Below, one piece after another: positions 17,326 through 26,228 of a DNA stretch of 64,000 nucleotides (positions are counted from its first letter, which is position 1; each line of letters begins with the position of its first letter). The position numbers and the translations under genes were made by a program. The stretch is taken from the NCBI GenBank assembly GCA_963677695.2, contig CAXXUJ010000002.1, positions 484,777 through 548,776 of the forward strand. The letters are read 5' to 3'. The notes under the pieces were generated by a model that saw nothing but the letters and a program-made list of their open reading frames with translations, made no database searches and had not been told where the DNA came from. Source of the stretch: Sphaerochaetaceae bacterium (GTDB taxonomy: Bacteria; Spirochaetota; Spirochaetia; Sphaerochaetales; Sphaerochaetaceae).

Positions 17326-18267
17326 TTAACGTAATTGAATAGTTCCTATAGCATTCGTTTCTATAGGAGACCAGAATATGTTTGTTGTATCACCATTCCC
17401 TCCATAAAGAGCAGCAAAAATATGAAGATATACATTCGAGTTTGTGGAATTGATTGGGTCAGTAAAATCTTCGTATGAAACTGAATCATATCCCTCATAC
17501 CGCGAGATGATATCAGTGTAGTCTGCCCCTGCCCCATAGAACCTATCTGTCTTGTAATTGTTCATGTACCCTACGAGTGTGTTCGTACTATCATACAATC
17601 CTAACTCAACGTACTGACCAGTATTATCAATGAGTTCGATGGTAAAATCTTCACTGTTCCATGTACTGCTTGTATCTGCAGTAAAACTGGTCAGAGCTAT
17701 ATCCATATCTGGTTCTTTTGCAAAGGTTGCAGGATCAGTCGCCGGATCGCAATATGAAAAAGTAGAAACCGGGATCACATCGTAGCTGGTGCCATCCTCA
17801 TAGTCCGGCTTTGATATACTGTATTGAATCGATGAGTCTGAAGTATCATAAATATAGAAAGCAGGGGCTTCTGTATCCGATTTCGGTGTCCACATGACAC
17901 CGTTACCCCCGGATTTAGCATACAGAGAAGAAAAACCGCTGATTGTTCTAGATTTGACAGTCATACTAGTATTCTCTGGGGTGCCTATAGTACTACCAGG
18001 TAAGATATTATTTGAAATTACATAGAAAAGTTTGATAGAAGGTGTCGCATTCTTATCATTGAATTCTGCAAGTGCATCATCAGTCAGTTCTAATGTAAAA
18101 GTAATAAGATCTTTATCATCCGATGTATCACCTGTGATTTCCAGCTCTCCAGTATCAATATACAAATAGACTGGAACCCCACAAGAAGACATCAAGGATA
18201 TGGAAAAAAGCACCACAGCGAAAAGAGCAACTATATGAAGTCTTTTCGAATGGTGCTTTCTGTACAT
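17326..18267 (-). CDS. hypothetical lipoprotein (orphan, low-GC gene)
   Basis: 313 aa. Signal peptide with lipobox (FSISLMSSC-G). SD AGGAGGA lies upstream. The mature part is T/S/D/Y-rich and beta-looking. No family recognised. Confidence 0.65.
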   Translation of the reverse strand: MYRKHHSKRLHIVALFAVVLFSISLMSSCGVPVYLYIDTGELEITGDTSDDKDLITFTLELTDDALAEFNDKNATPSIKLFYVISNNILPGSTIGTPENTSMTVKSRTISGFSSLYAKSGGNGVMWTPKSDTEAPAFYIYDTSDSSIQYSISKPDYEDGTSYDVIPVSTFSYCDPATDPATFAKEPDMDIALTSFTADTSSTWNSEDFTIELIDNTGQYVELGLYDSTNTLVGYMNNYKTDRFYGAGADYTDIISRYEGYDSVSYEDFTDPINSTNSNVYLHIFAALYGGNGDTTNIFWSPIETNAIGTIQLR

Positions 18268-18305
18268 ATGGTCCTCCTAACGGTGACCGTCAGTAAAATT
18301 ACAAT

Positions 18306-18977
18306 TTAGAGCAGTACGAGATGAGATAATGCAATTTTAGCGTATTCGCTTTCGGGATATTCGTCTGCAAGCTGCTGAAGAACAGCTTTTGCAAGGTCGA
18401 TACCACCGTTTGCCTCATCAAGTCTTGCTACACTGAGCAATGCCCGTGCTGATTCTGCAGCTTTTCCTGAAGTTGAATCATATACCTGCTGATAGTAGTC
18501 AACTGCCGCTGTTGTATCTCCGAGTTCTTCACTCACAACACCGAGGTTGAACAGAGCAAGAGATTCAAAATAGGTATCTCCGCCATTATCAACAACAGTT
18601 TCAAGATGATTCTTTGCATCTGACCACTGATTCTGATCAGCACTGATCAGGGCGAGAAGATATTCTGCTTTGAGTGCAGGATACTTACTCTTCCTGGTGC
18701 CAGCCATGTCATTAAGGTCAGCTACAAGATTTTCAGGGAGCGAAGCTTCTTCATCTGTAGAAGCTGCCCATGCATCATACTGCTGTGATAATTCATCAAT
18801 ACGCTGCTGGTTTGCAACTGTCTGCTTTGAACCGACAGACAGTACGATAATCAGAACGATTAAGGCGAGAACAATAGCAGCACCGGAGATTAACACGACT
18901 TTTCTATACTTAGCCAGGAACAGAGAGAGGCGATCCGCTACTCTGTTCTGGAAAGATACTTCTTTCTTCTCTGCCAT
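18306..18977 (-). CDS. membrane-anchored tetratricopeptide-repeat protein (YfgM-like architecture)
   Basis: 223 aa. One N-terminal TM helix (VVLISGAAIVLALIVLIIVLSV) is followed by TPR-like helices (ALFNLGVVSEELGDTTAAVDYYQQVY...). Confidence 0.65.
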   Translation of the reverse strand: MAEKKEVSFQNRVADRLSLFLAKYRKVVLISGAAIVLALIVLIIVLSVGSKQTVANQQRIDELSQQYDAWAASTDEEASLPENLVADLNDMAGTRKSKYPALKAEYLLALISADQNQWSDAKNHLETVVDNGGDTYFESLALFNLGVVSEELGDTTAAVDYYQQVYDSTSGKAAESARALLSVARLDEANGGIDLAKAVLQQLADEYPESEYAKIALSHLVLL

Positions 18978-18988
18978 ACTCTACTCCA

Positions 18989-20716
18989 CTACTCTGAGTC
19001 TTTATCCTTAGCACTGATGAGATCACCGAATGTGAAAGTATCGGAGTCATCGGTACCGTGGATATACTTTGAGATCTCAGACTGCTGAGAAATTCTGATT
19101 TTTTCCTTGATGGAGAGAGAAAGTTTCTGAGTGTTTGCGTTTACTTCAACGACTGCTGCAGAAATAGGATCCCCTACCTTGAAGTTTGAAAGAACTGAAT
19201 CATTGTACTCTTCATCGGGACCGATGAGGTTGTACTTTGAAATGAGTCCTTCGATATCACCGAGAACACGGACAAATACACCGAAGTCTGTAACGTTGGT
19301 GATTTCACCGCTGATGACTGAACCCTTGGGGTATTCCTGCTTGAGTGTTGTCCAGGGATTTCCTGAGAGCTGCTTCACACCGAGTCTGATGTGTCTTGTC
19401 TGAGGATCAACTCTGGTGACAACAACATCAATCACGTCGCCTTCCTTGCAGAAGTCGTTCATGTTCTTCACTCTCTTCGTCCATGAGATATCATCAACAT
19501 GGAGGAAACCGTCGATACCTTCTTCGAGATTGACGAATGCACCGTTAGCTGTGATTTTCACAACAGGCTTGGTGAATGTCATACCGATAGGATATCTGAC
19601 ATCGATTGTATCCCAGGGATTTTCCTCAAGCTGCTTAAGTCCGAGAGAGACTCTCTTCTTGTCGAGGTCATAACCGAGGACCTTTGCACTTACAACATCG
19701 CCGATTGAAAGGAGTTCTTTCGGGTTGTTGACTCTCTTTGTCCATGAGAGTTCTGAGATATGTGCAAGACCTTCAATGCCGGGCTCAATCTCAATGAATA
19801 CACCGAAGTTGGTGATCTTTGTAACAGGTGCCTTGACGACATCGTCGACATGGTAGCGCTGTTCGAAAGAATTCCAGGGGTCTTCAGTCATGTGCTTGAG
19901 AGAGAGATTGATCTTCTGTGATTCCGGATCAATGTTGATAAGACGGAGGTGTACGACCTCGTCCTTTGAAACGAAATCTTTCGGCTTGGTCACGTGTCCC
20001 CAGCTCATATCGTTGATATGAAGGAGTCCGTCAAATCCACCGAGATCAATAAAAGCACCGAAGCTTGTGAAGCTCTTCACTGTACCTTCTACAACGTCAC
20101 CAATCTTGACTGTTGAGAAGAAGTGTTCCTTATTAATCTTAATCTGCTTTTCGAGGTATTCTCTTCTCGAAACAACTGATTTGAGTTTCATTCCTGTATG
20201 GAACTTGTCGATGATGAAATAATCGGCAACACCGATAAGTGTTTCAGGGTTCTCGACTCGAACCACATCTGCTTTGCTGAGAGGACAGAATCCGAGGAAT
20301 TCATTCCCCAGGTCAACTTCGTAACCGCCTTTAATGACTTTTACAAATTTTCCCATAACCGGATCCCGGTTTTCTGCAGCTACTTTGAGAACATCCGTTC
20401 TCTCTTTGATGTCAGCGCGCTTTTTAGAAATGACGATCTGTCCGCCTTTTCCTTCCTTGTTGACTATCAGAACCTTGACTTCGTCGCCGACGGCAGGGCT
20501 GGTGGAAAATTCATCAGAGGAAATTCTTCCTTCAGACTTATAACCCACATCCACAAATACATACTCGTTATTGACCTGAACAACAGTACCGGTAACAAGC
20601 TGACCGTCTTCAATTTCATCAAGAGATTTAAGGTAATGCTCCTGCAACTTTGTCTGTAAATCAGCCTTCTGCTGCAGTTCTTCTTGTGTTTCCAACACTT
20701 CCTTTACTTCTTCCAC
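18989..20716 (-). CDS. rpsA: 30S ribosomal protein S1
   Basis: 575 aa made of six S1 OB-fold repeats (GxxVxGxVxxxxxFGAFVxL pattern repeated, for example VEGTVKSFTSFGAFIDLGG). Confidence 0.96.
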   Translation of the reverse strand: MEEVKEVLETQEELQQKADLQTKLQEHYLKSLDEIEDGQLVTGTVVQVNNEYVFVDVGYKSEGRISSDEFSTSPAVGDEVKVLIVNKEGKGGQIVISKKRADIKERTDVLKVAAENRDPVMGKFVKVIKGGYEVDLGNEFLGFCPLSKADVVRVENPETLIGVADYFIIDKFHTGMKLKSVVSRREYLEKQIKINKEHFFSTVKIGDVVEGTVKSFTSFGAFIDLGGFDGLLHINDMSWGHVTKPKDFVSKDEVVHLRLINIDPESQKINLSLKHMTEDPWNSFEQRYHVDDVVKAPVTKITNFGVFIEIEPGIEGLAHISELSWTKRVNNPKELLSIGDVVSAKVLGYDLDKKRVSLGLKQLEENPWDTIDVRYPIGMTFTKPVVKITANGAFVNLEEGIDGFLHVDDISWTKRVKNMNDFCKEGDVIDVVVTRVDPQTRHIRLGVKQLSGNPWTTLKQEYPKGSVISGEITNVTDFGVFVRVLGDIEGLISKYNLIGPDEEYNDSVLSNFKVGDPISAAVVEVNANTQKLSLSIKEKIRISQQSEISKYIHGTDDSDTFTFGDLISAKDKDSE

Positions 20717-20741
20717 TAGTATTCTCCTGATCCTAATTTGC

Positions 20742-21425
20742 CTACTCTAACACATGGTCGAGCATAGCTTGTAACACTTTTACATAAACTTCATCTATGG
20801 TCAAGTATGAGGAGTCAATATAAGTCGCATCGTGAGCAATCTTTAATGCTCCGAACTCCTTATTTCTGTCAATGACATCCCTTTCCTTGATTTTCTGTTC
20901 AATTTCATCCAGTGTGTAGCGGGTATCCTGCTGGTTGAAACGGCGTTCAGCCCTGACCCTTGGTGACGCATCCAGAAAAAATTTGAACTGTGCTTCTGGA
21001 AATACCACTGTCGTGATATCTCTTCCTTCACACACGATATTCAGTCCGTCTTTCGCAAGTTTCCTCAAATTCTCATTCACCACTTCCCGAATCGGGATGA
21101 TTGCTGAGTGCTGTGCAACCCAGGCATCCACCGCATCGGTATGGAGAAATTCTTCCACCACCGAACCATCGACTGCCAGTTTTCCCTCAATGATGCTGTA
21201 GGTGATAACTTTTGCAACTTTGATGATCGAATCAGTTGCTTCGGGATGTATTCCACGTTCCAGAGATATATAGGTGACAGCACGGTAGAAATTTCCTGAG
21301 TTCACAAAATAATAACCGAGTTCTTCACTGATATACTTCGCAATGGTGGACTTCCCTACCCCGGCCGGTCCGTCTATTGCAACAACTGCCCCCGATAGGG
21401 TTTTAAGCGGTTCAATATTCATCAA
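20742..21425 (-). CDS. cmk: cytidylate kinase
   Basis: 227 aa. P-loop IDGPAGVGKSTIAK. The cmk-rpsA order is conserved in many bacteria. Confidence 0.93.
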   Translation of the reverse strand: MMNIEPLKTLSGAVVAIDGPAGVGKSTIAKYISEELGYYFVNSGNFYRAVTYISLERGIHPEATDSIIKVAKVITYSIIEGKLAVDGSVVEEFLHTDAVDAWVAQHSAIIPIREVVNENLRKLAKDGLNIVCEGRDITTVVFPEAQFKFFLDASPRVRAERRFNQQDTRYTLDEIEQKIKERDVIDRNKEFGALKIAHDATYIDSSYLTIDEVYVKVLQAMLDHVLE

Positions 21426-22144
21426 TCAGTTCCTTTCAACAGAGAAGCTATTTCGTTCTTCTTCAGAGGACGGTAATCACCGACCTTCAGGTCTTTGAGT
21501 TCAATAGTTCCTATTCTCAAACGTATCAGTTTTACAACGGTGTATCCAAGGAGATCGAATATTTTACGGATCTCCCTGTTCTTTCCTTCAGTGAGTGTGA
21601 CATGAACCCATTTCTTGGTCTTCAGCTCAAAGCTGTTGATCTTGTAGGGAAGCTTGTTGTCTATCATAAGCCCTTTCAGAGCTTTCTTCATATCTTCCTT
21701 GAGAATGGGTTCCTTTGTCATTACCGCATACTCTTTTTCAATACCATAGGAAGGATGAGTGATCTTGAAGGCAGCATCACCGTCATTGGTATACAGTATG
21801 AGGCCGCTCGAATCCTTATCCAGACGTCCGATATGAAAGAGAAGATGCTTATCCTTTATATGGATGAGGTCACGCGCATACCTGTCTTCATTCGGATCGA
21901 AGTTGGAACAGATATATCCTTTAGGTTTATGAAGTGCATAATAGTAGACCGCCTCGCTTATCTCAGCGAGCATGCCGTCAACCTGTACGATATCGTCTTC
22001 ATTCACCTTGACTCCAAGTTCAGTGACTCTGTTGAGGTTCACCGAAACTCTGCCATCGAGAATGATCTTCTCACAGGAGCGTCTGCTCCCGTATCCGCTT
22101 TTCGCAAGATAGCTCTGTAAACGTATAGGATATTCTATTTTCAT
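21422..22144 (-). CDS. rluB: pseudouridine synthase, RsuA/RluB family
   Basis: 240 aa. N-terminal S4 domain (RLQSYLAKSGYGSRRSCEKIILDGRVSVN) and catalytic motif HIGRLDKDSSGLILYTNDGD. Sits downstream of scpB as in many genomes. Confidence 0.88.
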   Translation of the reverse strand: MKIEYPIRLQSYLAKSGYGSRRSCEKIILDGRVSVNLNRVTELGVKVNEDDIVQVDGMLAEISEAVYYYALHKPKGYICSNFDPNEDRYARDLIHIKDKHLLFHIGRLDKDSSGLILYTNDGDAAFKITHPSYGIEKEYAVMTKEPILKEDMKKALKGLMIDNKLPYKINSFELKTKKWVHVTLTEGKNREIRKIFDLLGYTVVKLIRLRIGTIELKDLKVGDYRPLKKNEIASLLKGTD

Positions 22145-22695
22145 ACTCTCTCTTCCTCATTCTGTAAAAATCGTTCTCTATCCAGCTCTGAGAGCCTTGG
22201 AAGGTCTGAAATACTCTTCAGACCAAAATGGAGAAGGAACTTCTTCGTCGTTCCGTATAATCCCGGATGTCCGGGGACGTCCTTCCGGCCGACCACGTGT
22301 ATATATTCCCGTTCCAGGAGCATCCTCATGATCGAATCGCTTGATACCCCTCTGATATTCTCAACATCTCTTCTGGTAACCGGTTGAGAATACGCAATGA
22401 TCGAGAGTGTTTCAAGTGCCGCGCGGGTAAGTCTTTTATCGACACGCTTCCCGTACACGCTTCTCAAGTGTTCATGTAGTTTATTCGAAGGGGTGAACTG
22501 ATATCCCTGAGGAGTTGCTGCAAGGATGAGTCCACGACTTCCCTCCTCATATGAAAGTTCTAGCGAAGCGATAGCCTTGAGAATGTCAATCTCTGAAGCA
22601 CCGGTGAGCTGGGTAAGTTTTTCGATCGTCATAGGTTCGTTCTCTATGAAAAGAATAGCCTCAACAAGTTTCACTGTATCAGATAATGTAAGCAT
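22141..22695 (-). CDS. scpB: segregation and condensation protein B
   Basis: 184 aa. LVEAILFIENEPMTIEKL and the winged-helix pattern are present. It overlaps scpA and rluB by 1-4 nt. Confidence 0.9.
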   Translation of the reverse strand: MLTLSDTVKLVEAILFIENEPMTIEKLTQLTGASEIDILKAIASLELSYEEGSRGLILAATPQGYQFTPSNKLHEHLRSVYGKRVDKRLTRAALETLSIIAYSQPVTRRDVENIRGVSSDSIMRMLLEREYIHVVGRKDVPGHPGLYGTTKKFLLHFGLKSISDLPRLSELDRERFLQNEEERV

Positions 22696-23609
22696 TACCC
22701 CTCTTCCTCCGTATCCTCATCAAAGGAGATAACTATCGTATCATCCGAATCATCGTCCTCATCGTCCTCATCTTCAGCCGATTCCTCTTTATCCCTGTTC
22801 AACATAGGTGATGGTCTGTCAAATTCCTCTTCTTCGTATGGAATCTCAAAGTCTTCAGAATCAGGTGCCTTGCGCAGCTGGATATCACCGAAGAGCGCAT
22901 GCTGTTCGATGATGATCATACGAAACTTCACCGCCTCAAGGACTGCAAGAAAGGCGCAGATGATATCTATTCTGGAATCCTCATGGACGATCAGGTCTAT
23001 GAAGCTGATCGTTTCTTGATACTCGAACAGCTCGTTCATCAGGGTAAGTTTCTGTTTGACGCTCACTTCTTCATAGACATTGAATATCTTATCGTGAGTG
23101 ACAGTAGAGAGGAGTGAAGAGAATGTCTTGAGAAGATCCCACACATTCACTTCCTTCCATAACTGCTCGTCACCGAAGGGGAGCATGAACTGGCTTTTCT
23201 TCCTGTAGAACAGGAGGCTGTCACTCTCTTCCGCTTCACTGAGGAGGGCGCTGTATTTCTTGAATTTCTGGTATTCAAGCAGCTGCTCGACAAGTTCCTG
23301 ACGGTCTTCGTCCCAGATCTCCTCTTCAGTATCCTCGTGAGGAATCAGCATATTGCTTTTAATGAGGAGGAGATGAGAGGCCATGAGGTAGAATTCAGTA
23401 AGGTCATCCAGGTCAACCCTGGAAGCCATATTGAGGTATTCCATGAACTGATCAGTGATCTCAGCAATCGGTATCGAATATATACTGACCTGCGCCTTAT
23501 CGATCAGATGAAGAAGGAGGTCCAGCGGTCCCTCGAACTGACTGATCGAATAGATGAGCTGCTCAGTAGATTCTGTGTGTGCACTCTCTGCATGAGAAGG
23601 CGTTCCCAT
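22695..23609 (-). CDS. scpA: segregation and condensation protein A (kleisin) with an acidic C-terminal tail
   Basis: 304 aa with the FEGPLDLLLHLI signature. C-terminal tail EESAEDEDDEDDDSDD...DEDTEEEG. Confidence 0.9.
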   Translation of the reverse strand: MGTPSHAESAHTESTEQLIYSISQFEGPLDLLLHLIDKAQVSIYSIPIAEITDQFMEYLNMASRVDLDDLTEFYLMASHLLLIKSNMLIPHEDTEEEIWDEDRQELVEQLLEYQKFKKYSALLSEAEESDSLLFYRKKSQFMLPFGDEQLWKEVNVWDLLKTFSSLLSTVTHDKIFNVYEEVSVKQKLTLMNELFEYQETISFIDLIVHEDSRIDIICAFLAVLEAVKFRMIIIEQHALFGDIQLRKAPDSEDFEIPYEEEEFDRPSPMLNRDKEESAEDEDDEDDDSDDTIVISFDEDTEEEG

Positions 23610-23653
23610 ATCAGCCGATTATACCGTATAAGAGTGATATGGGAAAGAGGAGT

Positions 23654-24727
23654 CTACTCTTCCTCGCTCTTCTGAGGAGCTTCGGAAGGGAACATGAGAG
23701 CTCGCAGATCCTTATCAAGTACTTCTGTGATATCAGTATTTGATTTCAGGAATTGAATGGCGTTGTCACGCCCCTGCCCTATCTTCTCATCGTTGTATGA
23801 GTACCAGGAACCTGATTTGTTGACCATATCGTACTTGATGGCAGCATCAAGAATTGATCCGTAGTAGCTGAGTCCTTCTCCGAAGAGCATATCGAGTTCG
23901 ATCTTCTTGAAGGGAGGTGCAACCTTGTTCTTCACGATCTTTATTCTTACCCTGTTACCCACAATTTCATCGGCACTCTTGCTGATGGATTCGATCTTCC
24001 TCACCTCGATACGTATTGAGGAATAGAACTTCAGAGCATTACCGCCGGTGGTCGTTTCAGGGTTCCCGAACATGATTCCTATCTTCATTCGAATCTGGTT
24101 GATAAAAATAATGGTTGTATTGCTCTTCGCAAGGATACCTGTCAGCTTTCTCAGTGCCTGGGACATCAGACGAGCCTGAAGACCCATGTGAGAGTCTCCC
24201 ATCTCACCGTCAATTTCAGCCTGAGGGGTGAGAGCCGCGACAGAGTCGACAACGATAATATCTACTGCACCGCTTCGTACCAGTGACTCGGTGATCTCCA
24301 GAGCCTGCTCTCCGTTGTCAGGCTGACTTATCCACAGTTCATCGGTATTCACCCCGATCTTCCGGGCGTAGACCGGATCAAGGGCATGCTCAGCATCAAT
24401 GAAGGCTGCGATGCCTCCCGCTTTCTGAGCTTCGGCAATGGCATGGAGAGAAAGAGTCGTCTTACCAGAGGACTCAGGTCCGTAGATCTCAATGATTCTA
24501 CCACGGGGAAACCCGCCGACACCCAGCGCTTCATCAAGAAGGATGGAACCACTGCTGATCGTAGAGATAGAAGTATCAGTCACGGAATCGGAAAGTTTCA
24601 TCAGTGCGCCTTTGCCGTACTGTTTATCCATCTGGCTTCGTGCAGCTTCAAGTGCTATGAGTTTTTCTTTTGTGGCAGCTCCTTTATCGGTACTGAATGC
24701 AGGTGCAGTGTTTTTGCTCTTTGCCAT
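23654..24727 (-). CDS. recA: recombinase RecA
   Basis: 357 aa. Walker [11 protein letters not shown], plus [13 protein letters not shown] and [10 protein letters not shown] motifs. Confidence 0.98.
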   Translation of the reverse strand: MAKSKNTAPAFSTDKGAATKEKLIALEAARSQMDKQYGKGALMKLSDSVTDTSISTISSGSILLDEALGVGGFPRGRIIEIYGPESSGKTTLSLHAIAEAQKAGGIAAFIDAEHALDPVYARKIGVNTDELWISQPDNGEQALEITESLVRSGAVDIIVVDSVAALTPQAEIDGEMGDSHMGLQARLMSQALRKLTGILAKSNTTIIFINQIRMKIGIMFGNPETTTGGNALKFYSSIRIEVRKIESISKSADEIVGNRVRIKIVKNKVAPPFKKIELDMLFGEGLSYYGSILDAAIKYDMVNKSGSWYSYNDEKIGQGRDNAIQFLKSNTDITEVLDKDLRALMFPSEAPQKSEEE

Positions 24728-24783
24728 TACTTTCTCTCCTTTTCTACTTGCTTCTATCTATTCTTACGTATCATATCACACAT

Positions 24784-25236
24784 CTACTTCTTGATATCCT
24801 TCGAATCAAGAATAATTGTTACCGGTCCTTCATTCGTGTAGCTCACACGCATGTGCGCACCGAATACCCCGGTCTCCACATGAAGACCGTGCGCCTTCAG
24901 TGCATGGGCAGCTTCTTCATATATTACTTCTGCACTATCGGGAACGGCTGCCAGATTGAATGAGGGACGGTTTCCTTTTGTGGTCACAGCACAGAGAGTG
25001 AACTGACTGACAAGGAGGATGGAACCTCCGGTATCCTGAACCGAGAGATTCATCTTCCCTTCATCATCAGTGAAAATCCTCAGGCCGATCAGCTTTCTGA
25101 TGATATAGGCCAAGTCCTTCTCAACATCATCCTCATATACTCCGAGGTAGACGAGAAGACCTGATTCTATAGCTCCGGAAATTGTATCATTTACTGTGAC
25201 CGAGGCCTGTGTGACTCTCTGTACGACCGCTTTCAT
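24784..25236 (-). CDS. dtd: D-aminoacyl-tRNA deacylase
   Basis: 150 aa. MKAVVQRV N-terminus, SQFTL and GPVT(I)ILD C-terminal motifs. Confidence 0.93.
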   Translation of the reverse strand: MKAVVQRVTQASVTVNDTISGAIESGLLVYLGVYEDDVEKDLAYIIRKLIGLRIFTDDEGKMNLSVQDTGGSILLVSQFTLCAVTTKGNRPSFNLAAVPDSAEVIYEEAAHALKAHGLHVETGVFGAHMRVSYTNEGPVTIILDSKDIKK

Positions 25237-25905
25237 TTATCTCGTCATTGCATGGAAGGAATCAACAAGTCCCCTTCTATCCGTACTCTTGAAGAAGGTA
25301 GTTCCCACTACAAGGACATCTGCTCCTGCCTGATAGAGTTTTTCAGCATTGTGAATATTCACTCCGCCGTCCACCGAGATAAGGAATTTGAGGTTGTGCT
25401 CAGTTCTATAGGCATCAAGCTCTCTGATCTTGTCATAGGTGAATTCAATGAAGGTCTGTCCGCCGAATCCGGGGTTCACGCTCATGAGGAGCACAAGTTC
25501 GACATCGGCAAGCATCTGAAAGATTGAAGAGACTGGTGTGGACGGAACGATCGATATACCTGCGTTCACTCCAGCCTGATGAATGGAACCCACTACCTTG
25601 TGAAGGTGAGTGACAGCCTCGGCATGAACAGTAATATAATCCGACCCGGCATCTGCAAACTGCTTGATGAATGGTTCAGGGTCCTGCACCATCAGGTGAG
25701 CATCGAACGGAAGAACGCTCTTATCCTTCAGGTCTGCTATGAACTTCGGTCCGAATGATATATTGGGAACGAACACACCATCCATCACATCGAGATGAAC
25801 CCAGTCAGCGCCTGCTGCATTCACTTCCGCTATACCCTCTCCTGCCTTGCTGAAATCTGATGCCAGCATTGAAGGAGCAACTTTCAATTTCATATCTCTT
25901 TCCAT
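25237..25905 (-). CDS. rpe: ribulose-phosphate 3-epimerase
   Basis: 222 aa. PSMLASDF, HLDVMDGVFVPNISFG and VNPGFGGQ motifs. The start could be the Met at 25893 instead. Confidence 0.93.
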   Translation of the reverse strand: MERDMKLKVAPSMLASDFSKAGEGIAEVNAAGADWVHLDVMDGVFVPNISFGPKFIADLKDKSVLPFDAHLMVQDPEPFIKQFADAGSDYITVHAEAVTHLHKVVGSIHQAGVNAGISIVPSTPVSSIFQMLADVELVLLMSVNPGFGGQTFIEFTYDKIRELDAYRTEHNLKFLISVDGGVNIHNAEKLYQAGADVLVVGTTFFKSTDRRGLVDSFHAMTR

Positions 25906-26065
25906 ACCCTTACTTGTACCAGAAATCGTAACATTTGTTAAGTAAAATCAGGACGATGTTTCAGAAAGAAAGAGAGGAAGGAAAACCTGCAAGTCCTATG
26001 ATAAAAGGATGGCAATATACGCAATATATTACTTACAGAAACGGAAAACAGTTCTTTTCATCTTG

Positions 26066-26094
26066 CTTGCAAGCCATCTTAATTTGTTATATAA
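26066..26094 (+). promoter_or_regulatory. near-consensus sigma70 promoter upstream of greA
   Basis: TTGCAA (26066-26071), a 17-nt spacer, then a perfect TATAAT (26089-26094). It lies about 135 nt upstream of the greA ATG. Confidence 0.55.
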
Positions 26095-26131
26095 TAGCAG
26101 AAGGATTTAAAGACGTTCCCATCGATTCGGC

Positions 26132-26188
26132 TAAGCTATAATTGATTCTCCGCGTGAATTAAACATATAGCTTGGTTTTGTTTCGTTT
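26132..26188 (+). promoter_or_regulatory. terminator-like hairpin plus U-tract in the greA 5' leader (candidate attenuator or leader sRNA)
   Basis: Stem 1 is AAGCTATA (26132-39) / TATAGCTT (26165-72). Stem 2 is TTGATTC (26141-47) / GAATTAA (26155-61, one G-U pair). The loop is TCCGCGT. GGTTTTGTTTCGTTTC follows (26173-88). Confidence 0.4.
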
Positions 26189-26228
26189 CATAAAAAGAAC
26201 GACATTTTCAGTTATAAGGACACTCCAC

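Noticed and set aside
25935-26141. A 68-aa plus-strand ORF (TTG start) in the rpe-greA intergenic region.
   Set aside because: It has no SD and a non-ATG start, and it runs through the TTGCAA-17-TATAAT promoter and into the leader hairpin. The region is better explained as divergent promoters plus the greA leader.
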